A DNA stretch of 64,000 bases from an uncultured Alphaproteobacteria bacterium (lineage in GTDB: Bacteria; Pseudomonadota; Alphaproteobacteria; Rhizobiales; Beijerinckiaceae), in the NCBI GenBank assembly GCA_963724845.1, contig CAVRWF010000001.1, positions 843,720-907,719 on the forward strand, given 5' to 3'. Both the position numbers and the translations under genes were made by a program. Below the pieces are notes generated by a model. The model was not told the DNA's origin. It searched no databases and saw only the letters and a list, made by a program, of their open reading frames with translations. How positions within the stretch are numbered: the stretch's first letter is position 1; each line of letters opens with the position of its first letter. Positions 49,807 to 58,692 of this stretch are shown here, one piece after another.

Positions 49807-52239
49807 ATGGATGAATTCTCGCGCGCTGAACACAAGCTGTACGTGCAATCCAAAGATCTTAGATCAACTGAGATCCGGGTGCGCGGAAGAGTCCAAGGCG
49901 TGGGCTTTCGCCCGTCGGTCTGGCGCATTGCGCGCATGCTTGATTTGTGCGGAGAGGTTTTGAACGACGCTGAAGGCGTTCTTGTTCGACTAAGGGGTCC
50001 CGCTCAGACTATTTCGATTTTCTTAACCCGATTGGAGCAGGAACAGCCGCCGCTGGCGCGGATAGACAGCATCGAATGCAAAGAGTTTGATGGAGACCTT
50101 CCAAATAGATTTTATATTGTGCCGAGCCTGACCGGCCCTTCACATACGCAGATTACGCCAGACGCCGCAATCTGTCCAGCTTGCGCTCTCGAAATCGCCG
50201 ATCCTCGGGAACGGCGTTTCAAATACCCTTTCTCAAATTGCACGCATTGTGGGCCGCGCCTCACGATCGTTAACAGGATCCCTTATGATCGCGCTAACAC
50301 GACGATGGCGCCCTTTGTTATGTGCGAGGCGTGCGAAGCAGAATATCTTGACCCTGAGGACCGCCGCTTTCATGCCGAAGCGATCGCCTGTAGTGCATGC
50401 GGTCCTCGGTTGGCATTGCTGCGCATGGAAGACGGCGCGCCAAAACAGGAAAAACTGTCTCCCCATCAATGCATCGAAGCGGCGCGACGTTTGATCGCTA
50501 TGGGCGCAATAGTCGCTTTAAAAGGGTTGGGTGGCTACCATCTCGCTTGCGACGCCACGAACTCCGATGTTGTAGCGCGGCTACGGCGACTGAAACACCG
50601 CGACTCAAAGCCCTTTGCACTGATGGCGAGAGATCTCGGCGTTATCCGCGAATACTGCGAGGTTGACATCGAGGAAGAGAGACAACTCTGCAGTTCGGCT
50701 GCGCCCATCGTCCTGCTGCCCGCAAACGGGAGGAAGAAACTTCCCAGCGAAATCGCGCCTGGAGTGCACACTCTCGGATTTATGTTGCCGACAACTCCGC
50801 TTCACTTACTCCTGCTGCGGCGCGTCGATCATCCTCTCGTGATGACAAGCGGCAACTTGTCCGACGAACCTCAAGCGACAGAAGACCAGGACGCCATGAT
50901 CCGGCTTCGCGACATCGCAAGTCATGCGCTCATCCATGATCGGCAGATCGCAAACCGTCTGGACAACTCCGTCGTGCGGTTGATGGGTGGTCGTCCGCGT
51001 GTCCTGCGTCGCGCGAGAGGCTATGCTCCCGCTCCTCTCAGATTGCCTTTGGGGTTTAAGGCGGCGCCGCAGATTCTCGCAATGGGCGGCGAACTAAAGG
51101 CGACGTTTTGTCTGCTCAAGGACGGAGAAGCTACGCTTTCACAACACCAGGGGGACTTGGAAGACGTAAGTACATTTGACCAATATCGAAAGAACTTGGC
51201 CCTATATGCTGGACTATTTGACCATTGCCCAGCGGCGCTCGTGGTCGACAGTCATCCGGAATATGTATCCTCGAAATTTGGCCACACACAAGGGCTCACG
51301 AATTCATTACGGGTGCTGAGGGTCCAACACCACCACGCTCATGTAGCGACATGCCTGGCCGAAAACAATTACGCTTTGGACGCGCCGCCAGTTCTTGGCA
51401 TCGTCTTGGATGGCGCGGGTTATGGCGACGACGGAACAATATGGGGAGGGGAGTTTCTGTTCGCCGATTTCCGCCGATATGAGCGGCTTGGGGCGTTGAA
51501 ACCTGTCGCGATGCCGGGAGGGGTTCAGGCCGTCCGTGAGCCTTGGCGCAACCTTTACGCACATCTTAGCGGTGCATTTGACCGGGTTGAGTTCGAAAGG
51601 AAGTTTGCGCAACTTTCTGTCTTCGGCGGCTTGGCCGAGAGGCGCCGCGCGACTCTCGACGCAATGATACGAAACGGCGTCAATTCGCCCAAGGCCTCGT
51701 CCTGCGGAAGACTGTTTGATGCTGTCGCGGCCGCCCTCGATATTTGTCCGGAACGCCAATCCTATGAGGGCGAGGCTGCAGTGCGTCTCGAGGCCATTGT
51801 AAGCACCGATACTCTCAAAAACGAAGGCGATAATCGCTCTTACATCTTTGAGGTTGCGCGCCTGAGCACCGAGCAACCATATTACCTTGAGCCGATGACT
51901 ATGTGGTCTGCTCTTCTCGCAGACCTCAATTCAAAGACGCCAATTCCCGTAATAGCCGCCCGGTTTCACAAAGGTCTCGCCATGGGGATCGGCGCTATGG
52001 CTCAGCTGCTTGCCAGCAAAGATAGCGGTGGCGCTCGCTTATTCGATACCGTCGCACTGTCAGGCGGGTGCTTTCAGAACCATATTCTTTTTGAAGAGGT
52101 GGTCCACCGCCTTAGAAAACTGGATTTTACGGTATTGACCCAGGTTGAGATCCCGATGAACGACGGTGGTCTTTCCCTCGGGCAAGCGACAATCGGAGCT
52201 GCATGGTTGATTCAGGAAGGCAGACGGTTAACTCTTTAA
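49807..52239 (+). CDS. hypF: [NiFe]-hydrogenase maturation carbamoyltransferase HypF
   Basis: An acylphosphatase domain (VRGRVQGVGFRP), two CxxC...CxxC zinc fingers, a YrdC-like domain and a Kae1-like C-terminus. Confidence 0.9.
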   Translation: MDEFSRAEHKLYVQSKDLRSTEIRVRGRVQGVGFRPSVWRIARMLDLCGEVLNDAEGVLVRLRGPAQTISIFLTRLEQEQPPLARIDSIECKEFDGDLPNRFYIVPSLTGPSHTQITPDAAICPACALEIADPRERRFKYPFSNCTHCGPRLTIVNRIPYDRANTTMAPFVMCEACEAEYLDPEDRRFHAEAIACSACGPRLALLRMEDGAPKQEKLSPHQCIEAARRLIAMGAIVALKGLGGYHLACDATNSDVVARLRRLKHRDSKPFALMARDLGVIREYCEVDIEEERQLCSSAAPIVLLPANGRKKLPSEIAPGVHTLGFMLPTTPLHLLLLRRVDHPLVMTSGNLSDEPQATEDQDAMIRLRDIASHALIHDRQIANRLDNSVVRLMGGRPRVLRRARGYAPAPLRLPLGFKAAPQILAMGGELKATFCLLKDGEATLSQHQGDLEDVSTFDQYRKNLALYAGLFDHCPAALVVDSHPEYVSSKFGHTQGLTNSLRVLRVQHHHAHVATCLAENNYALDAPPVLGIVLDGAGYGDDGTIWGGEFLFADFRRYERLGALKPVAMPGGVQAVREPWRNLYAHLSGAFDRVEFERKFAQLSVFGGLAERRRATLDAMIRNGVNSPKASSCGRLFDAVAAALDICPERQSYEGEAAVRLEAIVSTDTLKNEGDNRSYIFEVARLSTEQPYYLEPMTMWSALLADLNSKTPIPVIAARFHKGLAMGIGAMAQLLASKDSGGARLFDTVALSGGCFQNHILFEEVVHRLRKLDFTVLTQVEIPMNDGGLSLGQATIGAAWLIQEGRRLTL

Positions 52240-52246
52240 GGGAACG

Positions 52247-52945
52247 ATGCATGTGTCCATCGACCATGACCTGAATGCGCTTTATCCATTTTTACATGGA
52301 ATCGCTCAGGATCCCTCGCGGCTTGACGCCTCGCTGCTTCAGTCTGTTGGAGAGAAGGCGCAAGAGTCCCGCGAAACAAACTCCCGCTTCTTTGAGGATC
52401 AGGGCGCCACACTCGTTGAAGCGTCGCGAGCGGTCGCGAAGGTCTATCGGCGGAGCGGTCGAATGTTTTCAGTCGGCAACGGTGGATCAAGTTGCGACGC
52501 GTCGCATTTTGCAGTGGAATTCGTGCATCCAATAACCGCCGGTCGACCGGCGCTCGCTGTTATCAATCTCATGTCTGACCTGGCGACCATATCTGCAATA
52601 GCGAACGATGTCGGCTTCGATCACATATTCGCACGTCAGTTACTTGCTCATGGTCAGCCCGGCGACGGTCTCATCGGGTTTTCGACGAGCGGAAACTCCT
52701 CAAATCTCATGCTCGCCTTCGCCAAGGCGCGAGAGATCGGTATTACAACGATCGGATTTGCAGGAGGAAATGGCGGAGCGATGGCCGCGAGCGGTCTGGT
52801 GGATCATTGCCTCATTGTTCCAACGACGTCGATCCATCGCGTTCAGGAATGTCACGTCGCCGCATATCATATCCTTTGGGACTTGGTGCATACCCTACTT
52901 GCAGATTATCGCGGCTCCGCGACGTCGAAAGGACACGCGGAATGA
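52247..52945 (+). CDS. GmhA-like SIS-domain protein (phosphoheptose-isomerase fold) embedded in the hyp operon
   Basis: Motifs: VGNGGSSCDASHFAVEF, ANDVGFDHIFARQ, STSGNSSN and RVQECH, as in GmhA/DiaA-type SIS proteins. Its stop overlaps the hypD ATG (ATGA at 52942-52945). Confidence 0.8.
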   Translation: MHVSIDHDLNALYPFLHGIAQDPSRLDASLLQSVGEKAQESRETNSRFFEDQGATLVEASRAVAKVYRRSGRMFSVGNGGSSCDASHFAVEFVHPITAGRPALAVINLMSDLATISAIANDVGFDHIFARQLLAHGQPGDGLIGFSTSGNSSNLMLAFAKAREIGITTIGFAGGNGGAMAASGLVDHCLIVPTTSIHRVQECHVAAYHILWDLVHTLLADYRGSATSKGHAE

Positions 52946-54073
52946 AATATGTCGATGAATTTCGTGACTCCACAAAGGCTCGAGTTCTCGTCAAGGAGAT
53001 AGAACTCGCTAATTTCGACAATGTGCGTGCCGGCAAGTCGACCGCTTCATATCATGGAAGTATGTGGCGGACATACCCACTCGATTTTCCGCTATGGCCT
53101 GGAAGCTATGCTTCCGAAGTCGATCGAGCTGGTGCATGGACCGGGATGTCCGGTATGCGTGCTCCCGATGGGGCGCGTCGACGACTGCGTAAGCATAGCC
53201 GAGCGCGACGGCGTCATCTTCGCTACCTTTGGCGACGCTATGCGCGTGCCGGGCTCGCGAAAAAGCCTTCTGCAAGCGAAGGCCGACGGCGCCGACGTGC
53301 GAATGGTTTATTCGCCTATGGATGCGCTCGCGCTGGCCCGAAAGAATCTGGATCGTGAAGTCGTTTTCTTCGGTCTCGGCTTTGAGACCACAATGCCGTC
53401 GACCGCGCTAACGATTTTGCATGCCGAGCGCGAAGGTCTCGTCAATTTCTCTGTCTTTTGCAACCATATCACCATCGTGCCGACGATAAAGGCGATATTG
53501 GATAGCCCCGATATACGGATCGACGGATTTTTGGGTCCAGGTCACGTCTCGATGGTTATTGGAACGGCGCCATATAAATTCATCGCGAACTACTACAACA
53601 AGCCAATGGTGGTTTCAGGCTTTGAACCCCTTGATATTCTGCAGTCAATCTGGATGTTGGTTAAACAAATCAAGCAAGGAAAATGCGAAATAGAAAATCA
53701 ATATGCCCGTGTCGTTCCAGAGGGAGGGAATGCATCAGCACTAAAAGCCGTATCGGAGGTCTATGAGTTACGAGAGTACTTTGAATGGCGTGGCCTCGGT
53801 TCGATCGACCATTCAGGAGTTAGGTTGCGGGGTAGCTACGCGCGTTACGACGCCGAGCGAAAGTTCGCAATCCCAAATGTGAAGATAGCGGATCCGAAAT
53901 CCTGTCAGTGCGGAGAGGTGCTGAAAGGAGTTATCAAACCTTGGCAATGCAAAGTGTTCGGTTCAAGCTGCACTCCGGAGTCCCCACTCGGCGCCTTAAT
54001 GGTGTCGTCGGAAGGCGCATGCGCCGCCTATTATCAATATGGCGGGTTGAAGCGTCATGAGGCCGCTCAATGA
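52942..54073 (+). pseudogene. hypD: Hydrogenase maturation protein HypD with an apparent 1-nt frameshift near 53020-53042
   Basis: The canonical N-terminus MKYVDEFRDSTKARVLVKEIE starts at ATG 52942 in frame 1. The rest (RPLHIMEVCGGHTHSIFRYG...GPGCPVCV...) is in frame 2 (track ORF 53021-54073). Skipping one nt around 53038-53041 restores a roughly 376-aa HypD. Confidence 0.8.
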
Positions 54074-55140
54074 ATAGCGATCCGTCTATTATCCGTCCAC
54101 GTCCGCTGGGAAGACTTTTTGTGCCCAAGGTGACCTTGGCGCATGGTGGTGGCGGCAAAGCGATGAAAGATTTGATCGACGATGTATTTGTCGAAGCATT
54201 TGACAATGCCGCGCTGGCGCCGTTGGAGGATCAGGCCCGTTTCGATCTCGCGTCTTTTTGCGCATATGGAGACCGACTGGCTTTCACCACCGATGCCTTC
54301 GTTGTCGATCCTTTGTTCTTCCCGGGCGGCGACATTGGAAAACTAGCGGTTTGCGGCACGATAAATGACCTATGCGTCGGTGGCGCGAAGCCGCTTTACC
54401 TTTCCTGCGCGGCCATTATCGAGGAGGGCGTCGAAATCGAGTTGCTGCGGAAGCTCGCGGAATCCATGGCGAAAACGGCGTGCGAAGCCAATGTAAAAAT
54501 TGTAACCGGGGACACCAAGGTTGTTCATAAGGGTGCTTGCGACAAACTTTTTTTTACGACAAGCGGGATTGGCGTTATTCCAGAAGGACTCAACCTCGGC
54601 GCGCATTTGGCACAGCCCGGCGACGTCATTCTGGTGAATGGACGTTTGGGAGATCACGGGGCAGCGATTCTAAGCGCACGCGGAGATATGGCGCTGGACA
54701 CCACGATTGAGAGCGACTGCGCTGCGCTTCATCAACTTGTCGAAGTGTTACTCGTCGCTGCGCCCGGAATTCGAGCGATGCGCGACGCGACACGGGGCGG
54801 TGTGGCTACAGTCTTAAATGAAATCGCGCAAGCGTCACGAGTTGAAGTCGAGATTGACGAGTCACGAACTCCAATTCGTGACGAGGTGCGAGGCTTCTGC
54901 GAAATTCTGGGGCTGGATCCGCTTTACCTGGCCAATGAAGGCAAAATTGTTATTGTCTTGCCGCCAGAACAATGCGAGGCCGCGCTGGCCGCAATGCATG
55001 CGCATCCGTTTGGCGCTCAGGCCTGCGCGATTGGACGTATCGTGGAAGGCGAGCCGGGCCGCGCGACAATGCGGACTGTCCTTGGCGGAAGGCGCATCGT
55101 CGACATGCTAGTGGGCGAACAATTGCCGCGTATATGCTGA
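54070..55140 (+). CDS. hypE: Hydrogenase maturation protein HypE
   Basis: AIR-synthase-like fold with the C-terminal PRIC motif. Its ATG overlaps the hypD stop. Confidence 0.9.
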   Translation: MNSDPSIIRPRPLGRLFVPKVTLAHGGGGKAMKDLIDDVFVEAFDNAALAPLEDQARFDLASFCAYGDRLAFTTDAFVVDPLFFPGGDIGKLAVCGTINDLCVGGAKPLYLSCAAIIEEGVEIELLRKLAESMAKTACEANVKIVTGDTKVVHKGACDKLFFTTSGIGVIPEGLNLGAHLAQPGDVILVNGRLGDHGAAILSARGDMALDTTIESDCAALHQLVEVLLVAAPGIRAMRDATRGGVATVLNEIAQASRVEVEIDESRTPIRDEVRGFCEILGLDPLYLANEGKIVIVLPPEQCEAALAAMHAHPFGAQACAIGRIVEGEPGRATMRTVLGGRRIVDMLVGEQLPRIC

Positions 55141-55154
55141 AAACGGAGGGGATT

Positions 55155-56048
55155 ATGTGCGGGCACTGTGGATGCGAAAATGAGGGGAAGGCGACAGTCC
55201 TTGACCTTCAGACCGGCAAAGAGCTCAAGATCAAATCCGATTCCCACGATCATCCTCATGACCAGGACCAGAATCACGATCACGATCACGATCACGATCA
55301 TCAACATCACCATGTGCATGAGGACGGGATCCGGCATCGCCATGCGCTCGAGCAGCAGAATGAAAAAGTGCCAAAAGGTGAAACTATCACGCTCCAAGAG
55401 CGCATTTTGGCAAAGAACGACATAGTGGCCCAGCGCAATCGCGCCTGGTTTCGTGGACGCGAAATACTCGCACTCAATCTTGTAAGTTCCCCGGGGTCGG
55501 GTAAGACGACCTTGCTTGAGCGTACCATCAAGGATCTAAAGTCTGAAATTGAAATGTTCGTTGTCGAGGGGGATCAGGCGACCACGCACGACGGCGAGAG
55601 AATACGCGCAGCCGGCGCGGCGGCAATACAAATAAACACTGGTTCTGGATGCCATCTTGAAGCCGATATGGTCGGTCGAGCGTTGCAGCAATTGAGACCG
55701 AACACCGATTCTGTCGTTATGATAGAAAACGTTGGAAATCTCGTTTGTCCAGCGTTGTTTGATCTGGGAGAACGCTGCAAGATCATTATTTTTTCTGTCG
55801 CGGAAGGAGAGGACAAGCCACTGAAGTATCCCAATATGTTTCGCGCTGCGGCGATCATGATCTTGAACAAGATCGATTTACTTCCGCATATCGATTTCGA
55901 CGTGGAACGCGCTATCGTCAACGCGAGGCAGATTAATCCTGATATCCGTATATTTCAGTTATCAGCGCGAACAGGTGAGGGGCTTGAGGTCTGGTATAAC
56001 TGGCTCAGAGAAGAGGCTAAGGCATCGCAGGGTGCGGCTTTTGGCTAA
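55155..56048 (+). CDS. hypB: Hydrogenase nickel-incorporation GTPase HypB with a His-rich tract
   Basis: N-terminal MCGHCGC motif, an H/D-rich stretch and the P-loop SSPGSGKTT. SD GGAGGGG lies upstream of ATG 55155. Confidence 0.9.
   Translation: MCGHCGCENEGKATVLDLQTGKELKIKSDSHDHPHDQDQNHDHDHDHDHQHHHVHEDGIRHRHALEQQNEKVPKGETITLQERILAKNDIVAQRNRAWFRGREILALNLVSSPGSGKTTLLERTIKDLKSEIEMFVVEGDQATTHDGERIRAAGAAAIQINTGSGCHLEADMVGRALQQLRPNTDSVVMIENVGNLVCPALFDLGERCKIIIFSVAEGEDKPLKYPNMFRAAAIMILNKIDLLPHIDFDVERAIVNARQINPDIRIFQLSARTGEGLEVWYNWLREEAKASQGAAFG
55275..55298 (+). repeat. Hexanucleotide microsatellite (CACGAT)x4 inside hypB, encoding (HD)n
   Basis: Read directly. It is part of the His/Asp-rich metal-binding tract. 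Confidence 0.9.
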
Positions 56049-56386
56049 GTGGATTCAGGCTCCACTTCTATGCTTCGAACTAAAAGTTCGCCCCCGCGCA
56101 CAAGTATGTGACGGAAAGAACCGCAATCGCAGATGAAAGTGGTGGAGGTGACTGCAAATTCCCCTCCACAGTTCTCACAACGGGCGGCTGCCGGTATCTC
56201 AAGGATATTAAGAAACGCGCCTTGAACGCATGTTCCTTCTGCGACAAGTTCGAAGCTGAAGGTCACCGCTTCTGGCAATACTCCTGAGGCGGCGCCTATT
56301 TCGACATTGACTGATCTTACACGTTTACCCTTGGCCGCTTCGCTGGCCAACTCTACAATGCCCTGAGCTATAGCCAACTCGTGCAT
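56045..56386 (-). CDS. hypA: Hydrogenase nickel insertion protein HypA
   Basis: N-terminal MHE motif (MHELAIAQ) and a zinc site CENCGGEF...CDCGS. Confidence 0.85.
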   Translation of the reverse strand: MHELAIAQGIVELASEAAKGKRVRSVNVEIGAASGVLPEAVTFSFELVAEGTCVQGAFLNILEIPAAARCENCGGEFAVTSTTFICDCGSFRHILVRGGELLVRSIEVEPEST

Positions 56387-56420
56387 TTTGTCAGCTCGTT
56401 AAGGGCGTTGGCGGATGATT

Positions 56421-56702
56421 TCAAAGCCGGGGCGATGCTTGCATCGTCTCAAGCTCCGCTTGCGCTTCTCCAAGCTCCGTTAATATTTGAAGAGTACTGA
56501 TGGCTATAGCGTTGTCGATCCGGCTCATGGCGAAGCCGACGTGAACCAGCACCCACTCTCCGACGCAGGTCTCAATAGGATGCTCAGGGTCGACGATGCA
56601 TGACACATTTATCTGCCTTCTCACTCCGCAGATGTCCACCGTTGCAAGCTGGTCCAGGTTGTCATCTATCGAGACAATGCGTCCGGGGATGCCAAGGCAC
56701 AT
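56421..56702 (-). CDS. hypC: Hydrogenase assembly chaperone HypC/HupF family
   Basis: The N-terminal MCLGIPGRIV motif is diagnostic of HypC. Confidence 0.85.
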   Translation of the reverse strand: MCLGIPGRIVSIDDNLDQLATVDICGVRRQINVSCIVDPEHPIETCVGEWVLVHVGFAMSRIDNAIAISTLQILTELGEAQAELETMQASPRL

Positions 56703-56732
56703 AAACTTGTTCCGTCGTGATGATCCAGAAAC

Positions 56733-56840
56733 TCACATGCTGCTGATTTTGATGTAACGGTACAGATCCCTCAGGTTGAACAGGAGCAGCGCGACAACGA
56801 TGACGGCGATCACGATCCAAAAGACTTCCCAGCCAGTCAT
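56733..56840 (-). CDS. 35-aa single-TM micro-protein (MTGWEVFWIVIAVIVVALLLFNLRDLYRYIKISSM), possibly DUF6893-like
   Basis: Below the ORF-track cutoff. SD AAAGGAG lies 7 nt upstream. Its ATG overlaps the endopeptidase stop (ATGA at 56837-56840). Similar tiny TM proteins with a basic R-Y-h-+-h-+-S-M tail occur in actinobacterial hydrogenase loci (from memory). Confidence 0.5.
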   Translation of the reverse strand: MTGWEVFWIVIAVIVVALLLFNLRDLYRYIKISSM

Positions 56841-57376
56841 TGCAGACTCCTTTCGATGTGGCATGGTAACGCGTATTCAGCGGCGCTCGAGCTCGAGGCA
56901 TCCTCTTGGAGGAAAGATGCCACTAGACGCTCTACGACCTCCGCCGCCGATTCGACTGCTACGGATACAGTTCTAGTCAGGCCGAGCAAGCCTTCATCAC
57001 CGCCCAACCTTTCAGGCTCACAGAGGACTAGAACAATCTTTCCGCAGGCTCCTTTGCATCCGGACGCTAATCGTAGCACGGTTGCAGGATCAAGATTATG
57101 CGTGACCATCGCCACATTTTGCAGCGATGGCGTATCAGATGGCTCCACGACCGAGATTGTTCCCGGCGCTTCGCCTCGTTGAGCGGCATCGAGCAGGATG
57201 GCCATACTGTAACCTTCGCTCAAAGCATAGGCTAGGTCGACCCCGCAAATCCCAAAGTCGGATAATTCCACCTCCAACGGCATTGTGCGCGCGGATAAGT
57301 GGCGGATGACCTCAACACCAAAGGCGTCGTCTCCCTCAAAGATATTGCCGATGCCCCCTACAAGAATACGCTTCAT
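56837..57376 (-). CDS. Hydrogenase maturation endopeptidase (HyaD/HupD family)
   Basis: Contains ILVGGIGNIFEGDDAFGVEV and a later LLDA motif, the Asp/His metal-ligand pattern of the family. Confidence 0.85.
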   Translation of the reverse strand: MKRILVGGIGNIFEGDDAFGVEVIRHLSARTMPLEVELSDFGICGVDLAYALSEGYSMAILLDAAQRGEAPGTISVVEPSDTPSLQNVAMVTHNLDPATVLRLASGCKGACGKIVLVLCEPERLGGDEGLLGLTRTVSVAVESAAEVVERLVASFLQEDASSSSAAEYALPCHIERSLQ

Positions 57377-58692
57377 GGACGTGCTTCCGGGTTGATCGGT
57401 TCGATTTCGTCGCGCGAGAAATAGAAGCGGTGACCCGGAAAGCCTGCGGAGCCCAAATCGCTGCCGGGGTCATCAACGAGCGTTACAGCGAAATGCACTC
57501 GATTTTCGAAGTCCCGATCGATCCGTTCAATTTTCGCCAATCTTCCTTTAAGAGCGATGTCAAAGACGTCGCCCCGTGTCTTTGGATTTAAACGAACATG
57601 ACGACCGACTAAAAAGTCTGGCTGCGCATGCGAAAGCCCCGGTGATGGTTTTGAGTGCATGTGAAAAGGTTTCAACGCACCGTGAAGGGCTTCAAATTGC
57701 TGACTGCTCAATGACTCGCACCGGGCAAGAATAGCACTGGTCCGCGGGTCTGTAGCCGCCATCTCAAGTTTCTCAGAATCTGTCATTGTGAGCACGCGTA
57801 AAGTGAGCATTTCGTCGATTTCCGCGCTATCAAAAAATGGACCGTTGCTTTCGGGGGCGACCTTTGGATAGTCGTATAAAATAATTGAGGAGGAGAGGAC
57901 GGTGTCCCGTTTCCCCTCGTCGCCGACCAGAACGGGCCAAGTTCCCTGATTACAACAGTCGCTCGCCGGTTGGCTAAAGTGATCGGGCGGTTCAAGCAAA
58001 GAAACGAACTCACCGCTGGATGTTTGCACCAATGTGTGGGTCGACATAAAAGCGTAATTCTGAGCATCAGTTCTAGAGAGTTGGGACATTAGCGGTAGCG
58101 GGGACCTGTTCTCGATGGTGATGCTAAGACGTAACACGCTATCTGAGATCTCTTTAGCGGCTACTTCTATTTGGCCCTTCAGCAGCCAAGTATTTCTCGT
58201 GATCAAGCCGACGACGGACCCATTACGCGCACGAATTTGTTCGACATTGTTTTGCGGGGGTAGTTCGAAGGTCAGCTGTCTCGAACGCGACAAAACGTCA
58301 GCTACAGAAATATCGGCTGTAAAAATCTCCCGTTCGATTGCCTCGTCCCACGAGACGTATTGTTGGCCGTCGACATCAAGGTTCGCAACAGTCTGATAAC
58401 GCGCCGTATCCAAGGCGTCTTGCTCTTTGTCGACCAACGTTTCGACCTGTCGTCTTTGTGACTGCAGGAAGCGAAGAATTATGTCCAGCTTCGTCTCGGG
58501 TGTCTCCCGAAGCAGAAGAATTTCAGTCTTCATAGTGGAGACTTCGTCCCCGATGCCCTGGTATTCGTCGGGAAAAACGCTTCCGAAGGCCCAGCGGGTT
58601 CGATTTTTTATTGCCGAGGCGCGATAGGGATAAAGCACATATCCTTCATACAAAATTGCGTCGGCGAGCTTCCTGGTGCGATCGGAAATCAT
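57373..58692 (-). CDS. Conserved hydrogenase-locus protein of unknown function (439 aa)
   Basis: Large ORF translationally coupled at both ends (4-nt overlaps). The N-terminus is LYEGYVLYPYRASAIKNRTRWAFG. I recognise no characterised domain. Confidence 0.7.
   Translation of the reverse strand: MISDRTRKLADAILYEGYVLYPYRASAIKNRTRWAFGSVFPDEYQGIGDEVSTMKTEILLLRETPETKLDIILRFLQSQRRQVETLVDKEQDALDTARYQTVANLDVDGQQYVSWDEAIEREIFTADISVADVLSRSRQLTFELPPQNNVEQIRARNGSVVGLITRNTWLLKGQIEVAAKEISDSVLRLSITIENRSPLPLMSQLSRTDAQNYAFMSTHTLVQTSSGEFVSLLEPPDHFSQPASDCCNQGTWPVLVGDEGKRDTVLSSSIILYDYPKVAPESNGPFFDSAEIDEMLTLRVLTMTDSEKLEMAATDPRTSAILARCESLSSQQFEALHGALKPFHMHSKPSPGLSHAQPDFLVGRHVRLNPKTRGDVFDIALKGRLAKIERIDRDFENRVHFAVTLVDDPGSDLGSAGFPGHRFYFSRDEIEPINPEARP

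Noticed and set aside
55275-55298. Short tandem repeat considered as a possible CRISPR or VNTR element
   Set aside because: It has a 6-bp unit, only four copies and no spacers, and it is in frame within hypB where it encodes His-Asp. It is not a CRISPR array.
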